Shown piece by piece: positions 15,626 through 24,308 of a stretch of DNA of 32,717 nt. Where the stretch lies: IMG/VR virus record IMGVR_UViG_3300010366_000034, positions 1 to 32,717 of that record; one strand, 5' to 3'. Source of the DNA: a virus. Lineage: Duplodnaviria; Caudoviricetes. The translations under genes and the position numbers were made by a program. Position 1 is the first letter of the stretch. Each line of letters begins with the position of its first letter. The notes beneath the pieces are model-generated. The model saw only the letters and a program-made list of their open reading frames with translations, was not told the origin of the DNA and made no database searches.

Positions 15626-15801
15626 CGTTCGGCTACGTCGTCGAGATCAAGGCCTTCGGCGGGCACGTCGTCGAGCAGGTCTACGCGCTCACCGCAGCCG
15701 AGGCCCGCCAGATCGTGCTCCGGCGTCACCAGATCGAGATCACCGTCAAGCCAGCCGTCGACGTCGACGAGCAGATCGCGAAGGCGAGGGCCGAGCAGTG
15801 A
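15622..15801 (+). CDS. hypothetical protein (59 aa)
   Basis: MTFGYVVEIK...; coupled at both ends. Confidence 0.65.
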   Translation: MTFGYVVEIKAFGGHVVEQVYALTAAEARQIVLRRHQIEITVKPAVDVDEQIAKARAEQ

Positions 15802-16034
15802 CGCCGCTCGTCGCCGTGCTCGTCTGGTGCGCCTGCGGCGTGATCGGCGCCATGATCGCCCAGTCGAAAAACCGCCCTCCGATGGAAGGCCTAATCTGGG
15901 GAATCGCGCTCGGCCCGATCGGCCTACTCGTGATCGCCAGTCGACCGAGGCTCGAGCCAGGCCAGACCGAGAAGCCAGGCCTGCAACGAGTGCGCGAGTA
16001 TCGACCCTTCGACGACCGGGACGACGACGAGTAA
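15798..16034 (+). CDS. small two-TM membrane protein
   Basis: TM-SKNR-TM (GIALGPIGLLVIA). Confidence 0.7.
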   Translation: MTPLVAVLVWCACGVIGAMIAQSKNRPPMEGLIWGIALGPIGLLVIASRPRLEPGQTEKPGLQRVREYRPFDDRDDDE

Positions 16035-16067
16035 CAAGTAGACTCTCGGCGTTTCGCTCGTATTGCC

Positions 16068-16105
16068 CGAACGGCCCGCTCCGCATGGCGGGCCGTTCGC
16101 CTTTT
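16068..16105 (+). terminator. intrinsic terminator
   Basis: CGAACGGCCCGC-loop-GCGGGCCGTTCG-CCTTTT. Confidence 0.7.
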
Positions 16106-16133
16106 CGCGCACACGCTGGCACACTTCCTAGCG

Positions 16134-16316
16134 TTGCAGCGGGAAGGCATCGCCCCGGCTAAAGCCACACTCACGCCGAAGCAGGCGCAGATCGCCGACC
16201 TCTACGCCCGAGGCATGAGCAAGCGCGCGATCGCTCTCTACCTCGGCGTCCACCCTTCCACCGTGCGCGACCACCTACGAGCCGCCGACCTCAAGGCCCG
16301 GAAGCAGAAGACGTGA
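16134..16316 (+). CDS. LuxR/sigma-4-like HTH protein
   Basis: LTPKQAQIADLYARGMSKRAIALYLGVHPSTVRDHL. Confidence 0.75.
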   Translation: MQREGIAPAKATLTPKQAQIADLYARGMSKRAIALYLGVHPSTVRDHLRAADLKARKQKT

Positions 16317-16564
16317 GCGCACAACTAGCGTCGAGGTTCAGGCGAGCAGAACTGGAAGCCGAGCACGCCGCCCTCGTCGCCCGAGCGCTACGAGACAACC
16401 CAGGCCGCACGCTCGGCGAAGCCCAGGCCCGAGCCAAGCTGCCCGGTGATCCCTGGGCGCTCCGAGGCATACCAGCGCTCACCCAGGCAGGCGTCGGCGG
16501 TGCCATCGCTGGCACCAGACCAGAAGCTGCGCTACTGTCTCAGCAGTCCGTCGTGGTCGTCTAG
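16313..16564 (+). CDS. hypothetical protein
   Basis: GTGA-coupled to the HTH gene. Confidence 0.5.
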   Translation: MSAQLASRFRRAELEAEHAALVARALRDNPGRTLGEAQARAKLPGDPWALRGIPALTQAGVGGAIAGTRPEAALLSQQSVVVV

Positions 16565-16623
16565 GACCTCCCGACCACCCGACCCTACCGATCACGCCAT
16601 AGGCGTGGTCCCCGCCGGAACCC

Positions 16624-16648
16624 AGCCCGCCACCGAGCGGGCTTTTCT
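16624..16648 (+). terminator. terminator-like hairpin immediately before the HNH gene
   Basis: AGCCCGC-CACCGA-GCGGGCT-TTTCT. Confidence 0.55.
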
Positions 16649-17122
16649 ATGCCCGCATCCCACCAGGCACCAGGCCGCCTCAGGGCCTGCACGACCTGCG
16701 GCACACCGACCCACGGCTCGGCCTACTGCGCTGCCCACGGCGGCGGCACGAACCACCTCGGGCGCAGCGTCGGCCGCGGCTACACCTGGGCGCACCGCAA
16801 ACAGCGAGAGGCACTCCTGCCCCTCGCCATCGGCACTGCCTGCCCGCTCTGCGGACAGATCATGCTGCCGCATCAGAGACTCGACCTCCATCACTCGACC
16901 CCGCTCGCCGCCAGCCCGACGTCAGTCGGCGACGCGATCGTGCACGCCAGCTGCAACCGGCGAGGGGGGGTCGGTCCGCATCGTGGGCGGGGGGTGGGCG
17001 CGCTCGACCCCGCCCCGTTTCGCGAGAAAGACTCCGTAGCCGGGCCGAGGCCTGGCAGTACCGGCCTGGTCTCTGAGGGCGTGAGCGTGGCAGTGGTGGC
17101 CGCGGGGAGGCCTTCTCGCTGA
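16649..17122 (+). CDS. HNH endonuclease (terminase-associated, HK97 gp74-like)
   Basis: CTTC...CAAH, CPLCG...LDLHH...HASCN; adjacent to terL. Confidence 0.8.
   Translation: MPASHQAPGRLRACTTCGTPTHGSAYCAAHGGGTNHLGRSVGRGYTWAHRKQREALLPLAIGTACPLCGQIMLPHQRLDLHHSTPLAASPTSVGDAIVHASCNRRGGVGPHRGRGVGALDPAPFREKDSVAGPRPGSTGLVSEGVSVAVVAAGRPSR
16961..17040. other. candidate cos / genome-end region
   Basis: G-runs followed by CCCCGCCCC and TTTCGCGAGAAA between the HNH core and terL; local switch from C/A-rich to G/T-rich strand. Confidence 0.4.
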
Positions 17123-18537
17123 TGGCGTACACGCTGCGTGACTTCGGGAGGTTCTGCGCGGGCCTGAGGCTCGAGAACGGGCGGCCGATGAGGCTCGAGG
17201 CCTTTCAGCGGAGGATGCTGGCCGAGCATTTCAAGGGCGCGACCGAGGTCGTGATCGTGATCCCGAAGAAGAACGGGAAGACGACGCTGCTGGGCGCGGT
17301 TGCGCTCTTCCACCTGGCCGAGGTGCCCGAGGCCGAGGTCGTGATCGGCGCGTCGACGCGCGACCAGGCGCGAATCCTGTTCAAGCAGGCGGCGGGTCTC
17401 GTGCGCCGTTCGGGCCTCGACGACCTCTTCGACGTGAAGTCGGGCTATGGCGAGGTGCGCCTGACGGGCTACGCGACGAAGGACGGGCCGCGCGTCCGCG
17501 TGCTGGCGGCCGACGTGATGGGCGCCGACGGCGTGATTCCGACGCTGGCGCTCGTCGACGAGCTACACCGCCACCCGTCAGGCGATCTTTACGGCGTTTT
17601 CCGCGATGGTCTCGGTCCGCGCGACGGGCAGATGATCACGATCTCGACGGCGGGCGTGGCGCTCGACTCGCCGCTCGGCCTGCTGCGTGTGCGGGCGCAC
17701 GACCTCGAGTCGTTCCGTCGCGACGCGCGCGCGAAACGGAACTTCGCGAGAACTCCGAACGGCGAGTTCGTTCTGCACGAGTGGTGCCTCGAGTCGTCGG
17801 AGGACGTCGACGACCTGCGCCTGGTCGCGAAGGCGAATCCGGCCAGCTGGCAGACCGTGAAGGCGCTCCGGCGGCGCCACGAGTCGCCGACGATGACGCC
17901 GTGGCAGTGGCGCCGGTTTGCGTGCGGAATCTGGACCGAGGGTGCAGAGCCTTGGATCGACCCGCGCGCCTGGGATGATCTCGCCGACCCGGCGCTCGTG
18001 ATCCCTGAGGGCGCGGACGTCTGGGTCGGCGTCGATATCGGCGTGCGTCAGGACTCGACGGCGATCGTCGTCGCGCATCGGCTCGAGGACGAGCGGATAG
18101 CGGTCGCGGCGCGGATCCTCGAGCCGCCGCCGCATGGCGCGCTGCCGCTCGAGCTAGTCGAGCAGGCGATCCGCGACATCGCCGTCGAGCACCGCGTGCT
18201 CGGCCTCCACTACGACCCGTGGACGTTCCGACGCTCGGCCGAGATCCTCGAGGCGGACGGGATCCCGGTCGTCGAGTTCCCGCAGTCGCCGGAGCGGATG
18301 GCGTCGGCGTCGGCGAACCTGTACCGGCTCGTCGAGACGGGCGGCCTCGTCCATGACGGCGACCCGGTGCTGCGCTCGCACGTGATGGCGGGCGTGACGA
18401 AGGAAACCGAGCGCGGCTGGCGCTTGGTCAAGGACCCGAAGATGCGCCGCCCGGTCGACGCGCTGATCGCTCTCGCGATGGTCTGCCTACCGGCGGTCGG
18501 ACAGACGAGCCTCGAGCCGATGGTCGCGTTCGTATGA
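17122..18537 (+). CDS. terL: terminase large subunit
   Basis: Walker A IPKKNGKT, Walker B LVDELH, coupling motif TIST, nuclease VGVDIG...VDALIA. Confidence 0.95.
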   Translation: MAYTLRDFGRFCAGLRLENGRPMRLEAFQRRMLAEHFKGATEVVIVIPKKNGKTTLLGAVALFHLAEVPEAEVVIGASTRDQARILFKQAAGLVRRSGLDDLFDVKSGYGEVRLTGYATKDGPRVRVLAADVMGADGVIPTLALVDELHRHPSGDLYGVFRDGLGPRDGQMITISTAGVALDSPLGLLRVRAHDLESFRRDARAKRNFARTPNGEFVLHEWCLESSEDVDDLRLVAKANPASWQTVKALRRRHESPTMTPWQWRRFACGIWTEGAEPWIDPRAWDDLADPALVIPEGADVWVGVDIGVRQDSTAIVVAHRLEDERIAVAARILEPPPHGALPLELVEQAIRDIAVEHRVLGLHYDPWTFRRSAEILEADGIPVVEFPQSPERMASASANLYRLVETGGLVHDGDPVLRSHVMAGVTKETERGWRLVKDPKMRRPVDALIALAMVCLPAVGQTSLEPMVAFV

Positions 18538-18797
18538 GGACGACGCTGAAAACCGGGACGACGATCGAAGAGACTGCCGAGATCCCGGCCGGGTCGGTCG
18601 GCTGGCGCCGCGGCGACCATGATCAGCCGCCGCCGCCGCCGAAGCTCGGCCTGATCGGGACGATGCGCGCAGAGCCGGGCGTCGTCGCCTGGGTCGTCGC
18701 CGAGTGGGTCGTCGTGTTCGTGTTCTGCGTGATGGCGGTCGCGCTCGCCTTCTGCGTCGCGATCGGCTGCTATGCGCTGCTCGAGGTGGCTTCGTGA
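18534..18797 (+). CDS. small membrane protein
   Basis: Hydrophobic C-terminal half; coupled between terL and portal. Confidence 0.6.
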   Translation: MRTTLKTGTTIEETAEIPAGSVGWRRGDHDQPPPPPKLGLIGTMRAEPGVVAWVVAEWVVVFVFCVMAVALAFCVAIGCYALLEVAS

Positions 18798-20220
18798 AGC
18801 TGCTTCCGGCGCGCTGGCAGAAGCGCGACATTCAGCCGCTGTCGTTCGACGCCTGGGCGGCCGCCCTGTTCAAGTACGGCTCGACGACGGGCTACTACCC
18901 GGCGATGCCGCAGTCGCTGTACGGCGTGACGAAGCAGGAGATGCCCGACGGCTACGTCGGCGTCGTGCAACAGATGTACCGAGACAACGGCGTGATCTTC
19001 GCCTGCATGAGCGCGCGCGCGCTGATGTTCTCCGAGGCGCGCTTCCAGTTCCGCCAGCTGCGCCAGGGCAGGCCGGGGCAGCTGTTCGGCACGCCGGATC
19101 TGCAGCTGCTCGAGACGCCGTGGCCGAACGGCACGACCGGCGACCTACTGACGCGCGCGCTGCAGGACGTCGACCTGGCCGGGAACTTCTACGTCTGGAA
19201 GCAGAACTCGACGCAGCTGCGCGTGATGAGGCCGGACTGGGTCTCGATCATGCTCGGCTCGCAAATGGACGTGGACGATCCGAAAGCGGCGCTCGACGCC
19301 GAGGTCGTCGGCTACCTGTACCACCCCGGCGGGATCCGTTCCCAGCATGACCCGGTCGCGCTCGGGATCGACGAGGTCGCGCACTGGGCGCCGAACCCTG
19401 ACCCGCTGGCGCGCTTCCGCGGCATGTCCTGGCTCACGCCCGTGATCCGCGAGGTGATGGCCGACTCGGCGGCGAGCGAGCACAAGCTGAAGTTCTTCGA
19501 GAACGGCGCGACGCCGAACGTGATGGTCTCGATGGACAAGGACGTTACGGGCGACGCATTCGATCGCTACGTGTCGCGCTTCCGCGAGCAGCACGAGGGC
19601 CTCGACAACGCCTACAAGACGTTGTTCCTCGGCGGCGGCGCCGACATCACGGTCGTCGGCTCGAACCTGAGGCAGATCGACTTCAAGACGACGCAGGGCG
19701 CAGGAGAAACGCGGATTGCCGCGGCGGCCGGGATTCCTCCCGTGATCGTCGGACTATCGGAGGGGCTTTTGCCGCAGCCACCTACTCCAATTACGCACTC
19801 GCTATGCGCCGTTTTACGGACCTCACGATGCGCCCGCTCTGGCGCCAGTTCTCCGGGGCGATCGCCCCGATCGTTGCCGTGCCGCCCGGCGCCGAACTCT
19901 GGTACGACGACCGCGACATTCCGGCGCTGGCCGAGAACGGCCGGGACGCGGCCGAGATCCAGTCGATCCAGGCCGGGACGCTGCACACGCTGATCTCGGC
20001 GGGCTACACGGCCGACTCGGCGGTTGCGTTCGTCGAGGCGGGCGGCGACTTCACGAAGCTCGAGCACTCGGGAATGTTCTCGGTGCAGCTGCAGCCCGCC
20101 TCGAGCGTCACCGAGGGGAAGGGGTCGGTCGTCGGCGGCGTCGCCGTACCGGCCCAGCAGGGAGGGCAGGCGCCCGCGCCTGCCGCGACTAACGGCGCGC
20201 AGGCACCGGCCGCCACCTAA
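18794..20220 (+). CDS. HK97-family portal protein, interrupted by a frameshift at ~19766-19771
   Basis: GNFYV, RGMSWL, FFENGATP, RIAAAAGIPPVIVG in one frame; AATYSNY...RRF...RPLW continues in the -1 frame. Confidence 0.9.
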
Positions 20221-20238
20221 AGCCCAGGAGGAACCCCT

Positions 20239-21534
20239 ATGCCCACCTTCAGCACGAAGCCGTGGAAGGCGCCGAGCGTGGCTGACTTCGGCGGCGACGT
20301 CGGCCGCTACTGCGCGGCCTGCATGATCGACACGAATCCGGCTGGAAGCGAGAAGACGGCCGGGAACTGCAAGCTGCCTTATAAGGAGCCGGGCGGCGCC
20401 GTGAACGTGGCCGCGTTGCGAGCGGTTCTGTCGGTGCTCGGCGGCGGCCGCGGCGGCGTCCAGGCCTCGAGCGCCCAGAAGGCAGCCGCGAAGGCGAAGG
20501 CGCAGCGTCTGCTCTCCCAGGCGGGCGGCTCGCCCGCCAACGGCCGCAGCGCCCAGCTAGTCGAAGAGTTCCGCGCCCGGCCGGTCGGCTACGAGCTACG
20601 CGACGGCGATCAGGTCGGCGGCTCGAGGATGCCGACGCTCGTCGGGCACCTGGCCGTCTTCAACGAATGGGCCGAGGTCAGGTCGCGAAACGAGGGGCAC
20701 TTCATGGAGCGCCTGTCGCCGCGGGCGTTCACGAAGACGATCAAAGAGAACCTCACGCAGATGCGCTGCCTGTTCCAGCACGGGCAGGATCCCCAGTTCG
20801 GCGAGAAGCCGCTCGGCCCGATCAAGTCAGTGCGCTCGACCGACGTCGGCGTCGAGTACGAGGTGCCGCTGCTCGACACGAGCTACAACCGCGACCTGAT
20901 CACGATGCTGCGCTCGGATCCGCCCGTGCTCGGGTCGAGCTTCCGCTTCGCCGTCATCGACGACGACGTCGACGCGAGGCCGCGCCGCTCGGCCCACAAC
21001 CCGAAAGGGATCCCGGAGCGCACGATCCGCGAACTGCGGATGAGCGAGTTCGGGCCGGTCACCTTCCCGGCCTACAAGGGCACGACCTCGAGCCTGCGCT
21101 CGATCACCGACTGGCTCGCCGAGGATCGCGTCGGCGCCGCCGTCGACTGGCTCGAGGAAGAGCGCGTCGACACCGAGGACCTCGACTGCCTCGCGCAGAT
21201 GATCCACCTCGGCGCCTGCTACATCGACGAGCAGGACGAGCCGGGCGACGAGGTCAACATTCCGAAAATGGAGAGCGTCCTCGCGACGCTCGTCGAGCTA
21301 GCAAGCTACGAGTCGACCGAGGACGAACCGGCCGACGAACCAGAAGACGAGGAACCGTCCGACGACGAGATGGCGTCGGATGCACCGGCCGAGGATGAGG
21401 GCGCCTCGTCCGGCGACCGCACGTCTACCACCGTGGCCGAGCCGCCGATGGTCGCTCACCGCGCGAGTGGACGCCGCGAGCGACCGCCCCTCTACCCGTC
21501 AAGGAAAGGAGCGGAGTCGTGGCGACTCCCATGA
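20239..21534 (+). CDS. HK97-family prohead protease with N-terminal extension and acidic tail
   Basis: LVGHLAVFN, FMERLSPRAF, LFQHG, GSSFRF, EFGPVTFPAY. Confidence 0.9.
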   Translation: MPTFSTKPWKAPSVADFGGDVGRYCAACMIDTNPAGSEKTAGNCKLPYKEPGGAVNVAALRAVLSVLGGGRGGVQASSAQKAAAKAKAQRLLSQAGGSPANGRSAQLVEEFRARPVGYELRDGDQVGGSRMPTLVGHLAVFNEWAEVRSRNEGHFMERLSPRAFTKTIKENLTQMRCLFQHGQDPQFGEKPLGPIKSVRSTDVGVEYEVPLLDTSYNRDLITMLRSDPPVLGSSFRFAVIDDDVDARPRRSAHNPKGIPERTIRELRMSEFGPVTFPAYKGTTSSLRSITDWLAEDRVGAAVDWLEEERVDTEDLDCLAQMIHLGACYIDEQDEPGDEVNIPKMESVLATLVELASYESTEDEPADEPEDEEPSDDEMASDAPAEDEGASSGDRTSTTVAEPPMVAHRASGRRERPPLYPSRKGAESWRLP

Positions 21535-22967
21535 CGATCGAGGAACTGGACGCAGCGATCGAAGACGTACGCACGCGGATCCAGGAACTCGACACCGAAT
21601 ACGCCGGTCAGGCGCTACCGGACGAGAAGCGCGCCGAGTGGAACGGCCTCAACGAGGAACTCGAGGGACACGTCAAGCTGCGCGACGAACTCGTGCAGCG
21701 GCGCGAGCGCGTGATCGCGCTCGCCGGAAACGAGAACGCCGTCGTCGCCGGGGCGGACACGTTCCAGGTCTCGCGGGCGGGCGTCGCCCGCGGCGATGAC
21801 ATCTACGACCTGACGACAATCCGGATGAACGCCGGGAACCCCGAAGAGGCAGCGGGCGAGCTTCGCGACCGGGCGCTGCGCTCAGTCGAGGGCGCCGTGT
21901 TCCCGACCGACCGGAAGTCGAAAGAGGACTGCCAGAACCGGCTCGCGATGCTCGTCGAGGGCGGCGACGAATCGGTCGCGCGGAGGATCCTCCGCACCGG
22001 CAGCCCCGTCTACCGGCGGGCCTTCCGCAAGACGCTCCGCGGTGAGCCGCTGACGGCCGAAGAGTCGCGTGCGTTCACGCTGAGCACGACCGGGATCCCG
22101 ATCCCGTACACGCTCGACCCGACGCTGATCCACATCTCGAACTCGGTCGTGAATCCGATGCGGGCCGTATCGAAGATCATCACGATCTCGGCCTCGAACC
22201 AGTGGCTCGGCGCCACCTCGGGCGCGATCACGGCGACCCGCATCACGGAAACGACCGAGGCCACCGACAACACGCCGACCCTGGCGCAGCCCAGCGTCAC
22301 GGTCACGAAGGCGCACGCGTTCGTGCCCTTCTCGGTCGAGGCCGAGGGCGACTGGCCGAACATGGAAGCCGAACTCACGTCACTTTTCGCGGACGCGAAA
22401 GACGACGAGGAAGCGACCGCGTTCGTGACCGGGGCAGGTACCGGCGTCAACCCGCAGGGGATCGTCACCGGCTCGACGGGCACGACGCCCGCGTCGACGG
22501 GTCTGACGATCACGGCGGCGAACCTGTATTCGCTCGAGGCGGCGCTCGCTCCGCGGTTCAGGCCGCGGGCGCAGTTCTTCGCCAATCGGGCGATGTACAA
22601 CATCATCCGCGCGCTGGACACGGCGGGCGGCGCTCAGTTGTGGCTGCGGATCGGCGACCTGATCCAGAACGATCCGGCCTCGAGCGGCGGCGTCGGTAAT
22701 ACCGGCCTGCGGCTTCTGGGCTATCCGGTTAACGAGGTGTCGACGATGTCGGCGACGGTTGTCAACGCCACGAAGATCATGCTGCTCGCCGACCCGAATT
22801 TCTTCGTCATCGTCGACCGCGTAGGGATGAACGTCGAGCTGGTCCCGCAGATCTTCGGCGCGACGTCGAGGTTCCCGACGGGGCAGCGCGGCATGTACGC
22901 GTGGTGGAGGAACTCGAGCCTGCTGCTGAACGCGGCGGCCTCGAGGGCGCTCACCGGCACGACCTAG
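21519..22967 (+). CDS. HK97-family major capsid protein with N-terminal delta domain
   Basis: GAAAGGAG SD; coiled-coil N-terminus; GAGTGVNPQGI and RLLGYPV motifs. Confidence 0.9.
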   Translation: MATPMTIEELDAAIEDVRTRIQELDTEYAGQALPDEKRAEWNGLNEELEGHVKLRDELVQRRERVIALAGNENAVVAGADTFQVSRAGVARGDDIYDLTTIRMNAGNPEEAAGELRDRALRSVEGAVFPTDRKSKEDCQNRLAMLVEGGDESVARRILRTGSPVYRRAFRKTLRGEPLTAEESRAFTLSTTGIPIPYTLDPTLIHISNSVVNPMRAVSKIITISASNQWLGATSGAITATRITETTEATDNTPTLAQPSVTVTKAHAFVPFSVEAEGDWPNMEAELTSLFADAKDDEEATAFVTGAGTGVNPQGIVTGSTGTTPASTGLTITAANLYSLEAALAPRFRPRAQFFANRAMYNIIRALDTAGGAQLWLRIGDLIQNDPASSGGVGNTGLRLLGYPVNEVSTMSATVVNATKIMLLADPNFFVIVDRVGMNVELVPQIFGATSRFPTGQRGMYAWWRNSSLLLNAAASRALTGTT

Positions 22968-22978
22968 AAGGGGGAAGC

Positions 22979-23083
22979 ATGGCAACGAAGGGAACGACAA
23001 AGGTCGCCTACCCGGCGCCGAAAGGCCCGGTTCCGCCCGTGCCTCGCGGGCCGATCACGGCGGCGAAAGAGAAGCCGCACTAG
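22979..23083 (+). CDS. 34-aa Pro/Lys-rich peptide
   Basis: GAAGGGGG SD directly after the capsid stop. Confidence 0.5.
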   Translation: MATKGTTKVAYPAPKGPVPPVPRGPITAAKEKPH

Positions 23084-23090
23084 GCGAGAT

Positions 23091-23132
23091 CTCGAGGGGC
23101 GTCGGGCGGATGCCAGCCTGGCGCCCCTCGAG
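23091..23132 (+). other. strong hairpin downstream of the capsid genes
   Basis: CTCGAGGGGCGTCGGGC/GCCTGGCGCCCCTCGAG; no U-tract. Confidence 0.5.
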
Positions 23133-23149
23133 GGAAAGGGAACAACACG

Positions 23150-23452
23150 ATGCCAGGACGACGCAAGCAAGCAGGATCCGACTACTACCGCGCCAGGCAC
23201 TCGTTCGGCGTCATGTACGACGGCGAGCAGATCACCGTGAACGCCGACGAGATCGTGCCCGCCGGTTCGCCGCTGCTCAAGCAGCTGGGCAAGGAAGCCG
23301 TCGAAGAGCACTTCGAGCCGGTCACGAGCTTCGGTCGCTGGGACGTCCCGACGGCCTCGAGCGCGGCGGCCGAGCCGGAGCCGGAGCCGGAGCCGGAGGA
23401 AGATCCCGCGGTCGAACAGGCGACGTCGGCGCCCGGCGAGAAGCGGCCGTGA
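23150..23452 (+). CDS. hypothetical virion-region protein
   Basis: SD present; ends VEQATSAPGEKR, as in small post-capsid actinophage genes. Confidence 0.7.
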   Translation: MPGRRKQAGSDYYRARHSFGVMYDGEQITVNADEIVPAGSPLLKQLGKEAVEEHFEPVTSFGRWDVPTASSAAAEPEPEPEPEEDPAVEQATSAPGEKRP

Positions 23453-23709
23453 GAAGCCGCCGCTACAAGGGTCCGGTCTGCTGGGTCAACGAGGGCGACC
23501 TCGACGTACCCGAGTCAGGCTTCTACGCGCTCGACAAGCAGGGACGGGAACTGCTGCAGCCGCTGAAGCGGCTCGTGGCCGTCCAGCACACCGACAGCGA
23601 CGAGCACCACTACCGCGAGGCCGCCGACGACGAGCACTCGCCGCCGGTCGGGAACGTGATCGAACTCGAGGCCGAAGCCCTCGGCGAAACGGACATGGAG
23701 GTGCCGTGA
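23449..23709 (+). CDS. hypothetical protein
   Basis: GTGA-coupled. Confidence 0.6.
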   Translation: MRSRRYKGPVCWVNEGDLDVPESGFYALDKQGRELLQPLKRLVAVQHTDSDEHHYREAADDEHSPPVGNVIELEAEALGETDMEVP

Positions 23710-24299
23710 TGGACGAGACGATCGAACTGGTCGAGTTCCGGCCGGTTCGCTTCAGCGTGGCCGAGTGGCACCTGGGCGAGGCCGCGGAACTCTGTCGCGA
23801 CTGGTCGGACGAGTGGCCGCGCTGGGCGAAGAAAGTATTCGACCGGATCCTGCTGATGGCGTCCGGCAAGTCGAACTACCTCAACGCCGCGTTCCGGAAC
23901 GAGGTACTCGGCGCCGTCGCGTTCGGGGCGCCCGCGACCGCATACTTCGCGCTCTGGACGACGACGGCCGGAACGAATATGTCGGCCTACGTCGGGAACA
24001 CGGCGGGCGAGGTGTCCGGCGGCTCGTACGACCGCGTCGCGAAGACGAACAACACGACGAACTTCGCGACGATCGTCGGCGCCGCGGCGAAGGTCAATTC
24101 GAACGCGATCACGTTCACGACCGCGACCGCCGACTGGAACTCGGCCGCGACGATCCCGCAGATGGGCGTCTTCGACGCGAACGCGAAAACGTCGGGCGAC
24201 AACCTGCTGATCTGGGGCGATCACACGACCGCGAAGAGCGTCCTGAACGGCGATACGGCCCAGTACAACACCTCGGCCGTTTCCTGGACTGAGACGTAA
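23706..24299 (+). CDS. virion structural protein (fibre-associated type)
   Basis: SNYL...YFALWT...EVSGGSYDRVA...ITFTTATADW pattern. Confidence 0.7.
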   Translation: MMDETIELVEFRPVRFSVAEWHLGEAAELCRDWSDEWPRWAKKVFDRILLMASGKSNYLNAAFRNEVLGAVAFGAPATAYFALWTTTAGTNMSAYVGNTAGEVSGGSYDRVAKTNNTTNFATIVGAAAKVNSNAITFTTATADWNSAATIPQMGVFDANAKTSGDNLLIWGDHTTAKSVLNGDTAQYNTSAVSWTET

Positions 24300-24308
24300 A
24301 AGGACGGC

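Noticed and set aside
19772-19993. Zero-frame C-terminal tail of the portal ORF
   Set aside because: Low-complexity sequence; the portal motifs continue in the -1 frame.
22409-22418. GGAAGCGACC inside the capsid gene
   Set aside because: Explained by EEAT codons; no -10 or start nearby. It shows the motif can arise by chance.
23372-23398. (GAGCCG)n hexamer repeat, and (GAAGGC)n near 29047
   Set aside because: In-frame low-complexity linkers (EP, KA); not phase-variation tracts.
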